IMG/VR virus record: IMGVR_UViG_3300025168_000056
Location: 13,850 to 77,849 of that record
Strand: one strand, 5' to 3'
Source of the DNA: a virus
Length of the DNA stretch: 64,000 bases
Shown here: one piece after another, positions 58,407 to 64,000 of the stretch
Numbering within the stretch: position 1 is the stretch's first letter
How the letters are laid out: each line of letters opens with the position of its first letter
Notes under the pieces: model-generated
What the model was told of the DNA's origin: nothing
The model's database searches: none
What the model saw: only the letters and a program-made list of their open reading frames with translations
Translations under genes and position numbers: made by a program

Positions 58407-58455
58407 TCTAAAAAATATAATCAAGATTACGAGAAATTAAAAAATCTTTTAATGC

Positions 58456-58484
58456 TTGACAATTTAGAGGTCTTTGTGTATAAT
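58456..58484 (+). promoter_or_regulatory. Sigma70-type promoter
   Basis: TTGACA-N17-TATAAT. Confidence 0.8.
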
Positions 58485-58516
58485 CATAAAGGTCAAATCA
58501 TAAATATCAACGAACG

Positions 58517-58756
58517 ATGGAGTTCAAAAAAATGAAAGCAGGGCAAGTAAAAGCGTGGCTGGATCAAGGACCGGCAGTATTATTGGCAGAGTGTGAGGTG
58601 GAGGGTGAAAGCATTGCGATTGAAGAAGTTGATGATGTGGTTCAAACCACTGAGAAAGGTTGGGTGATTCATTTGTTGCAGACCGGGGAGCTTCTGACAG
58701 TTCACGAAGAAACTTTACATACCGGAGTGATACATGTCGAACATCGAAGCAATTAA
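58517..58756 (+). CDS. Hypothetical protein
   Basis: ORF after promoter; start may be 58532. Confidence 0.6.
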   Translation: MEFKKMKAGQVKAWLDQGPAVLLAECEVEGESIAIEEVDDVVQTTEKGWVIHLLQTGELLTVHEETLHTGVIHVEHRSN

Positions 58757-58934
58757 TATAGCAGAAGGTTATGACGAGCCAGAAAACCCGGAACAATACT
58801 ACGCCGCTTGGCAACAACTCATTGATTCCGGGCTCGCCTGGACTCTTCAGGGCTGGTTCGGGCGCCGCGCCATACATTTAATCGAAGAAGGGTTGTGTAA
58901 GCCACCCAAACAAATAAAAGCACCTACGGAATAA
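58734..58934 (+). CDS. Small phage protein
   Basis: AWQQLIDSGLAWTLQGWFGR motif; SD GGAG. Confidence 0.75.
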   Translation: MSNIEAINIAEGYDEPENPEQYYAAWQQLIDSGLAWTLQGWFGRRAIHLIEEGLCKPPKQIKAPTE

Positions 58935-58939
58935 TTTTA

Positions 58940-59015
58940 GGGTCAATAGCTCAATTGGTAGAGCACCGGCCTTTTAAGCCGTAGGTTCTGGGTTCAAGTC
59001 CCAGTTGACCCACCA
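58940..59015 (+). tRNA. tRNA-Lys (anticodon TTT)
   Basis: 76-nt cloverleaf, CT-TTT-AA loop, CCA end. Confidence 0.95.
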
Positions 59016-59026
59016 TTTACATAAAA

Positions 59027-59103
59027 GGGCTCTTAGCTCAGTTGGTCAGAGCACCCCGCTCATAACGGGATGGTCCTCGGTTCAAGCCCGAGAGAGCCCA
59101 CCA
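59027..59103 (+). tRNA. tRNA with CAT anticodon (probably Ile2; elongator Met not excluded)
   Basis: Cloverleaf, CT-CAT-AA loop, paired G1-C72 so not initiator, CCA end. Confidence 0.9.
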
Positions 59104-59127
59104 TTCAATCGAAGAGAAAATAACATA

Positions 59128-59367
59128 ATGATAAAAGCATTAGCAACCTTTGTTCTGGTCGGTACCGTTGATTCCACAGACCAGTTTTTTGCCTCAGTTG
59201 AGGTTAATCTAAATCCGCCACTGGCAGAGTCCAGCATGGCAGTTATACCTTTGCACGCATTTCCGTGTGAGATTAGTGAGGGTGATTCTTTTTATATTTT
59301 AAAGTTGACAAAGGAGTCAGACCCTGTTATTATATGTGGAGAGTACAAATCAAATGATGGAGAATGA
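59128..59367 (+). CDS. Hypothetical protein
   Basis: ATG after tRNA; PCEISEGDSFY. Confidence 0.6.
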   Translation: MIKALATFVLVGTVDSTDQFFASVEVNLNPPLAESSMAVIPLHAFPCEISEGDSFYILKLTKESDPVIICGEYKSNDGE

Positions 59368-59617
59368 TGAAATGATTTACACTGCTATTTTTCAAAACCC
59401 CCAAGGTAAGCTGACCCGCTCGCGATATACTGGAGTGATGTCGCGTTCCGAAGCGTGGCTAACAGCAACCAAGATGGGTGCTAGCAACGGAGAGTGTTTG
59501 ATCGCTCTGGTATCGGGGGATCACCCAGTATATTTCTATGAAAACTTTGTAGAAGACAGTCGAACCGATCCTGCCATGACCGCTATGCAAGCCCACGATG
59601 TTTACGAGATGCCATGA
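59354..59617 (+). CDS. Hypothetical protein
   Basis: ORF with SD GGAG. Confidence 0.6.
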   Translation: MMENDEMIYTAIFQNPQGKLTRSRYTGVMSRSEAWLTATKMGASNGECLIALVSGDHPVYFYENFVEDSRTDPAMTAMQAHDVYEMP

Positions 59618-59627
59618 CACTCAACAA

Positions 59628-59704
59628 GCGTCCTTAGCTCAGTTGGATAGAGCATCGGCCTTCTAAGCCGAGGGTCGTAGGTTCAAATCCTACAGGACGT
59701 ACCA
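59628..59704 (+). tRNA. tRNA-Arg (anticodon TCT)
   Basis: TCGGC-CTTCTAA-GCCGA, CCA end. Confidence 0.95.
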
Positions 59705-59711
59705 TTTATTT

Positions 59712-59788
59712 TCCCGTTTAGCTCAGTTGGTTAGAGCATCTGACTGTTAATCAGAGGGTCGAAAGTTCAAGTCTTTCAACGGGAGCCA
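59712..59788 (+). tRNA. tRNA-Asn (anticodon GTT)
   Basis: TCTGA-CTGTTAA-TCAGA, G discriminator, CCA end. Confidence 0.93.
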
Positions 59789-59859
59789 TTTTAGGAGACA
59801 GCTTACCCGAACATAAACCAGAGTCTTTGACCGGACGCCAAAAGTTAACCCCAGATTAT

Positions 59860-59935
59860 GCGCCTATAGCTCAGGGGTTAGAGCGTTGTTCTTATAAAGC
59901 AGATGTCGTGGGTTCAACTCCCACTAGGCGCACCA
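59860..59935 (+). tRNA. tRNA-Ile (anticodon TAT)
   Basis: GCGCCTA/TAGGCGC acceptor, TTGTT-CTTATAA-AGCAG anticodon arm, GTTCAA, ACCA end. Confidence 0.88.
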
Positions 59936-59961
59936 CTTAACAAACCAGCCGGAGCCATATA

Positions 59962-60186
59962 ATGAGCTATCACGATTACCAACACTATACAACTAAATGG
60001 AGCCCCATCAAAAAAGATGAGGCAGAAGAAATGAAGAAGCAAACCGACAATCCGCGAATACAAGTAATCTCACCCCAGAAAAAGTTGTATGATATCCAAC
60101 AGATTATCAATGGCTTGCCAGACAAACACATGAATACTTATGAATTGCAAGAAGCAATCCAAAAGATTCTTAACGGAGAAGTATAA
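59962..60186 (+). CDS. Hypothetical protein
   Basis: ORF with SD GGAG. Confidence 0.6.
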   Translation: MSYHDYQHYTTKWSPIKKDEAEEMKKQTDNPRIQVISPQKKLYDIQQIINGLPDKHMNTYELQEAIQKILNGEV

Positions 60187-60187
60187 C

Positions 60188-60499
60188 ATGAAGACGGGCA
60201 AAAGATATGAATTGGTTGAGTGCGTGGACGGATTTAAGATGAGCGTGCAAGCTCACGGCACCGCTTACTGTACCCCGCGCGCCGATGACGCGGATAACTA
60301 TACCGAAGTGGAGGTCGGGTTTCCAAACTGCCGCGAAGATTTGCTAATGGAGTTTGCCGAAGAACCAGATGATCCAACCGGAACTGTTTACGCTTGGGTT
60401 CCGAGCCAGATAGTTACTACAGTGATCGCCAAGCATGGCGGTATGGTTTCTGGAGAAGTCCCACCGGGTGTAGCCCCTTTAAGAGCGAGTAGTAGATAA
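60188..60499 (+). CDS. Phage protein of unknown function
   Basis: CVDGFKMSVQA...YCTPR...VEVGFP...VYAWVP...KHGG. Confidence 0.75.
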   Translation: MKTGKRYELVECVDGFKMSVQAHGTAYCTPRADDADNYTEVEVGFPNCREDLLMEFAEEPDDPTGTVYAWVPSQIVTTVIAKHGGMVSGEVPPGVAPLRASSR

Positions 60500-60684
60500 T
60501 GTCATTTTGTAAGTTTAAGGCAGGCGACTTAGTTCGCCGCAATAGTAATCGAGAGTTTTGGAAAGGTAAGTTAGGTTTGGTCTTGTCTATCGAATTTACG
60601 CACGGCGACCCGAAGTTTGTGGTGAAGTGGAATCATGTTCCCAAGCCGCGCCGCTACGCGACGAATGGGTTGGCGAGAGTATAG
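60499..60684 (+). CDS. Small KOW/SH3-like protein (FKAGDLV)
   Basis: GDLV...LGLV...VKW. Confidence 0.7.
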   Translation: MSFCKFKAGDLVRRNSNREFWKGKLGLVLSIEFTHGDPKFVVKWNHVPKPRRYATNGLARV

Positions 60685-60727
60685 ATACCAGTCCCGCCAC
60701 GCGATTTTTTTCCGCCTAAAATTTCCT

Positions 60728-60782
60728 TTTACATTTCCTTGACACAATAAACATTGACTTCAGCCGCAAGATAGGATATATT
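60728..60782 (+). promoter_or_regulatory. Promoter with upstream tandem box
   Basis: TTTACA(60728), TTGACA(60739), TTGACT(60754)-N17-TATATT. Confidence 0.8.
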
Positions 60783-60802
60783 ATAAGGGTAAGGAGACAA
60801 AC

Positions 60803-61012
60803 ATGAAAGTTGGTGATCTGGTAATAATGCCCGGTTCTTGTTATCGTGACAACAGCAATAACCCCGCAACGGGTATTATCCTTCGGACAAAGCCGGACGG
60901 CATACCCCGAGGTACGCCAAGTTTAAGTAGAGTTAAAGTATACTGGTTGCAAGATGCAGAGGTATCATGGGAGCCTAAGAAATGGTTGGAGGTTATAAAT
61001 GAAAGCAGGTGA
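60803..61012 (+). CDS. Small KOW/SH3-like protein (MKVGDLV)
   Basis: Family motif; SD AAGGAG. Confidence 0.8.
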   Translation: MKVGDLVIMPGSCYRDNSNNPATGIILRTKPDGIPRGTPSLSRVKVYWLQDAEVSWEPKKWLEVINESR

Positions 61013-61205
61013 TTTAGTAAAATGGAACGGTAGCATTTGTTTGGTAACGGAAGTTTACGAAAGCAAGTGTTGGCGCACTGATGAGAGAGGCAAAGCTATT
61101 AACTGGGGAGCAATCCCCCATGAGCCGTTCGCTCGCATTCTTTTTAAGGGTGACTTGCGCGGCATCCCACAAGCAGACTTGAGTTCAATCGATGAAACTC
61201 GGTGA
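60999..61205 (+). CDS. Small KOW/SH3-like protein (MKAGDLV)
   Basis: Family motif; 14-nt overlap with upstream gene. Confidence 0.8.
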   Translation: MKAGDLVKWNGSICLVTEVYESKCWRTDERGKAINWGAIPHEPFARILFKGDLRGIPQADLSSIDETR

Positions 61206-61422
61206 TCTGGTAAAGGTTCGATACCGTGATGGTGTTAATGAACTTAACGATCCACTGTGGACCGTTCCTTATCACGGAGTTGTATTTGAGACACCTGATA
61301 TGGGTGAGTTTTGCATGTGGAAAATGTGGTGCATTGAACGCGGTAGCGTGCATATCTTGTCACCACGTAAAGATAATATAGAGGTAGTATATGAAGTTAA
61401 CATTAGTGATAGACACCGATGA
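61192..61422 (+). CDS. Small KOW/SH3-like protein (MKLGDLV)
   Basis: Family motif; 14-nt overlap with upstream gene. Confidence 0.8.
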   Translation: MKLGDLVKVRYRDGVNELNDPLWTVPYHGVVFETPDMGEFCMWKMWCIERGSVHILSPRKDNIEVVYEVNISDRHR

Positions 61423-61663
61423 CATCGACGGCATCCACGATGCTTTCAAGATCGCTGGGCATTTTTACAAAAAGTATGGACCACCCGGCAGCTACGGTCA
61501 TCAACTTTCTTACGGAAAGATTAAGCATATCAAGATGCTGCGGTCATTTGCAAAGAAAGCAATCGAAGCGCACGAAGCCGGTAAAGATCCGGCCGGGCTA
61601 AGGTTTACAAAAGATTATACCGAGGCACTTATCAATGATGATCCTGGCTATCCGGGCATTTGA
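61391..61663 (+). CDS. Hypothetical protein with ribosomal L7/L12 C-terminal-like motif
   Basis: KIKHIKMLR...GLRFTKDY.E resembles KIxxIKxxR...GLKEAKDxVE. Confidence 0.55.
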   Translation: MKLTLVIDTDDIDGIHDAFKIAGHFYKKYGPPGSYGHQLSYGKIKHIKMLRSFAKKAIEAHEAGKDPAGLRFTKDYTEALINDDPGYPGI

Positions 61664-61714
61664 CATGTCCTTGACAAGAAATACATTGACTTTTTTTCGT
61701 CAATGGTGTATATT
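61660..61714 (+). promoter_or_regulatory. Promoter with upstream tandem box
   Basis: TTGACA(61660), TTGACA(61671), TTGACT(61686)-N17-TATATT. Confidence 0.8.
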
Positions 61715-61740
61715 TATAGAGTAAGTCAAAGGAGAACTAC

Positions 61741-62043
61741 ATGTCTGTAAAAGTAACTGATAACCTTAACGTCGTTCGTGCATGGAAGGACGGAAAAAAT
61801 GCGCGCAACCATAAGAACACACTGATGACACTTGATGGAGAACTGTTCTCTTATCGCTTGAAGATCGGATCGCGCACGGATGCCGGTGTTTGCGTTATCG
61901 CGGACTTCATGGCTGGGTCTGGTGGGTTTCACTCGATGACCACTTCTCAGCATGTCTCGCTTGCAAAGCGATCAGCTGATGTTGTTATGCACCCGCTTGT
62001 GTGGGAGTCTTCACCACTTTCTTACGATGAGGTTCCTTTCTAA
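61741..62043 (+). CDS. Phage protein of unknown function
   Basis: LFSY.LKIG...S.TTSQHV motif; SD AAGGAG. Confidence 0.75.
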   Translation: MSVKVTDNLNVVRAWKDGKNARNHKNTLMTLDGELFSYRLKIGSRTDAGVCVIADFMAGSGGFHSMTTSQHVSLAKRSADVVMHPLVWESSPLSYDEVPF

Positions 62044-62387
62044 TGGGTGAGATTGTTGATCTTGATGCTTTCCGAAAACAGCGGAAAGAAGATGAAGAAG
62101 CTGAAGCAAGAGCCGAAGCGGAGGCTTTGGCACAAGAGGAGAAGGACGAGATTGATTATATGCGTGATGTCCTTCAGCAGATCATGGTCAACCTCTCTGA
62201 TTCACTAACAGGCTCAATGATGACTTATAACCCTGATGATCCGAACAACTTTGGATACGATGGATATTCGTCAGATGATTATATGGTCAATACATATTAT
62301 CACGAAGCTGGGTACGATGAGAATGGCTATTACGAAAAATCATGGGAGTTTGATCCAAATGAAGACGAGGATAATGATGACGTTTAA
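62043..62387 (+). CDS. Acidic hypothetical protein
   Basis: MGEIVDLDAFRK start; TAATG coupling. Confidence 0.7.
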   Translation: MGEIVDLDAFRKQRKEDEEAEARAEAEALAQEEKDEIDYMRDVLQQIMVNLSDSLTGSMMTYNPDDPNNFGYDGYSSDDYMVNTYYHEAGYDENGYYEKSWEFDPNEDEDNDDV

Positions 62388-62595
62388 GAAAGGTGACTTT
62401 GTTCGCATCAAAGAAGGCACGCATTCGGATCGAATGCCGAAATCTCGGCTTGGTCACGTGCAGGGGTTTGCTCACGTAGCGCGCTTGTATAATGAAGAGG
62501 GCGTTACAGCCCAACAAACAGACCAATATAACATTTACATGACGAATGGAGAAATCCTAAAGTTTCACGAATCATATTTGGAGTTGGTTGAGTAG
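62374..62595 (+). CDS. Small KOW/SH3-like protein (FKKGDFV)
   Basis: Family motif, ends FHESYLELV. Confidence 0.7.
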   Translation: MMTFKKGDFVRIKEGTHSDRMPKSRLGHVQGFAHVARLYNEEGVTAQQTDQYNIYMTNGEILKFHESYLELVE

Positions 62596-62753
62596 TGGTA
62601 TTAAGTAAAGAAGAAAAGAAACTTATTTCAGAATGCATCGAGTCGCACCAACGCATGATTAAACATCATCGCCAGCAGATTATTGATTTGTCACGGAAGT
62701 TGGTTGAAGTTGAAGTTGAAATGGAATCATTTAACATTGAGGTTAAGAAATGA
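62595..62753 (+). CDS. 52-aa hypothetical protein (absent from the ORF track)
   Basis: GTG start overlapping TAG; stop overlaps next ATG. Confidence 0.55.
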   Translation: MVLSKEEKKLISECIESHQRMIKHHRQQIIDLSRKLVEVEVEMESFNIEVKK

Positions 62754-62926
62754 AAGCTGGAGACAGAGTAACAAAACAAAAGGTCATGTCAGTTGAGAAT
62801 GCACTGGGAACCGTCGAGAAGATTACCAAAGATTATATTGTGGTCATTTGGGATAAAGTTAATGGGCACTGGCATTATACACATGATCAGTCTGCTGCAC
62901 TGGATCCAGTTGATGAAAGTGGGTGA
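62750..62926 (+). CDS. 58-aa KOW/SH3-like protein (MKAGDRV; absent from the ORF track)
   Basis: MKAGDRV...LGTV...VVIWD. Confidence 0.75.
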   Translation: MKAGDRVTKQKVMSVENALGTVEKITKDYIVVIWDKVNGHWHYTHDQSAALDPVDESG

Positions 62927-63101
62927 TTTGGTTGTGCATGCCAAGGGCACGATCCACCCACAGAAATACCTGCTGGGCATTGTTATTAATAAGAGTTTAG
63001 AGTTTGAGACATTATATGAAGTTGTGTGGTTTCATTCGGCGCGCAAGCAGTTGTGTCGCTATGACGTTATAAAGAGGTTAGAAGATTATGAAAGTAGGTG
63101 A
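62913..63101 (+). CDS. Small KOW/SH3-like protein (MKVGDLV)
   Basis: Family motif; 14-nt overlap. Confidence 0.8.
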   Translation: MKVGDLVVHAKGTIHPQKYLLGIVINKSLEFETLYEVVWFHSARKQLCRYDVIKRLEDYESR

Positions 63102-63279
63102 TCTAGTGCAGTTTGAAAGCGTAGATAATGATGATGTTGAGTCTCAACTAGATTATGGGATCGTCGTTAAACTTTCTAGAACTGGGCACAAAACAAAATC
63201 GGCCGAAGTTTTATTTCACGATGGCGAGATTGCATGGATTGGTACGGATACTTTGGTGGTGGTTAGTGAGAGTAGGTGA
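63088..63279 (+). CDS. Small KOW/SH3-like protein (MKVGDLV)
   Basis: Family motif; 14-nt overlap. Confidence 0.8.
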   Translation: MKVGDLVQFESVDNDDVESQLDYGIVVKLSRTGHKTKSAEVLFHDGEIAWIGTDTLVVVSESR

Positions 63280-63469
63280 TCTAATATCATTCAAGCCCGA
63301 GGGCTATTCGGATGATGATTATTCAAATCCTGCAATAGTTTTGCGTCGGTTTGAACCTGTCACAGAACCGGGTATCTGGATAGTTTGGTGTGAAGGGCTT
63401 GAGTGTCTTGTCGACGAAGAAAACTACGATGTTGTTTACTTGACATCTTCTTTACAAAAGAGTGCTTGA
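63266..63469 (+). CDS. Small KOW/SH3-like protein (MRVGDLI, GTG start)
   Basis: Family motif; 14-nt overlap. Confidence 0.75.
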   Translation: MRVGDLISFKPEGYSDDDYSNPAIVLRRFEPVTEPGIWIVWCEGLECLVDEENYDVVYLTSSLQKSA

Positions 63470-63494
63470 CTTATGGTGAGATCGATGATATATT
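63440..63494 (+). promoter_or_regulatory. Promoter with upstream tandem box
   Basis: TTGACA(63440), TTTACA(63451), TTGACT(63466)-N17-TATATT. Confidence 0.8.
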
Positions 63495-63517
63495 ATATGT
63501 ATAGAAAGGAGAGTTTT

Positions 63518-63643
63518 ATGAGTAGAACAGCGATAAAGATTGGACAGAACAGACTTGCGATGACTTTGGTGGCGGTGGATGCCGTATGCTGGGGCGCGCT
63601 GCTTTTCTTCAGCATTCACTTTTTCACCTGCCCTGCGGCATAA
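63518..63643 (+). CDS. 41-aa membrane peptide
   Basis: SD AAGGAG; one hydrophobic helix. Confidence 0.6.
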   Translation: MSRTAIKIGQNRLAMTLVAVDAVCWGALLFFSIHFFTCPAA

Positions 63644-63655
63644 AGGAAGTTTAAC

Positions 63656-63718
63656 ATGCGTTTAGAGTTTATTTTTCTTGTGTCCATTGGCTTCGCGCTC
63701 GGAGCGGTTCTTACATGA
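63656..63718 (+). CDS. 20-aa hydrophobic peptide
   Basis: SD AAGGA; MRLEFIFLVSIGFALGAVLT; ATGA coupling to the next gene. Confidence 0.4.
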   Translation: MRLEFIFLVSIGFALGAVLT

Positions 63719-64000
63719 GTCCAGTTGAAGTTTCAATACCACCGGCGATCTTCACAAATCACAAGGGGATCCGTTACGGGATCGCTGGCTCTGTGTGGAT
63801 TGAGGTGCCAGAAGGCACAACTCTCGACGAGCTATCAGAATACATGGTCTACAAGCCACGTGAGATAGCGTCTCCGCCCGGTGAAAACTCTTGGAGTGTA
63901 AAGGGTAGTAAAGGAAATGTTTACACCGTTAAACTCTCTAAGGGCGTTTATTCTTGCTCTTGTCCCGGCTACGGTTTTCGGCGTAAGTGTCGCCACATTA
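63715..64000 (+). CDS. SWIM zinc-finger protein (3'-partial)
   Basis: GSKGNVYTV...CSCPGY..RRKCRHI. Confidence 0.8.
   Translation, partial: MSPVEVSIPPAIFTNHKGIRYGIAGSVWIEVPEGTTLDELSEYMVYKPREIASPPGENSWSVKGSKGNVYTVKLSKGVYSCSCPGYGFRRKCRHI

Noticed and set aside
58326-59127. ORF 58326-58535 and the N-terminal part of ORF 59005-59367
   Set aside because: They overlap clear tRNA genes and a promoter; the real start of the second ORF is probably 59128.
59789-59859. Additional tRNA or ncRNA between tRNA-Asn and tRNA-Ile
   Set aside because: tRNA-sized gap, but no cloverleaf, T-loop or CCA end could be found.
251-62980. Minus-strand ORFs and nested alternative-frame ORFs in the track
   Set aside because: They shadow well-supported + strand genes and lack SD sites or motifs.
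1-64000. Stop-codon reassignment, reverse transcriptase systems (DGR, retron), integrase or transposase
   Set aside because: Genes end normally with TAA, TAG and TGA at high coding density; no suppressor tRNA, RT, integrase or transposase motif was seen.

Overview
The window is part of a large lytic myovirus-type (T4-like or jumbo) phage genome, and every credible gene lies on the + strand. The order is: contractile tail and baseplate module (1-14.7 kb); a minimal family A polymerase, a divergent tubulin and a gp32-type SSB; a short array of envelope-protein genes separated by a repeated pseudoknot-like element (17.6-19.0 kb); a bacterial-style replication, repair and nucleotide set (RecA, UvsE, 5'-3' exonuclease, DnaB, NrdJ, DnaE, dUTPase, IMPDH/GMPR family, DNA methyltransferases); proteostasis genes (GroES, GroEL, two ClpP, a J-domain protein, thioredoxin, glutaredoxin, a trypsin-like protease); several late-promoter genes with T4-like capsid-targeting N-termini; six tRNAs including a rare tRNA-Ile(UAU); and an early-type region of small overlapping MKxGDLV (KOW/SH3-like) genes. 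The strongest non-routine signals are (1) the four-copy H-type pseudoknot repeat around envelope-gene cassettes, (2) six promoters carrying a phased TTGACA-N5-TTGACA tandem box of OmpR/PhoB-site geometry, (3) a putative virion-packaged effector set (two nuclease-fold proteins, a nucleotidyltransferase, a PcfJ-like polyprotein), (4) self-chaining 14-nt overlaps in the MKxGDLV array, and (5) a likely +1/-2 frameshift in the tail assembly chaperone. All calls come from motif recognition by eye; no database searches or folding computations were run.
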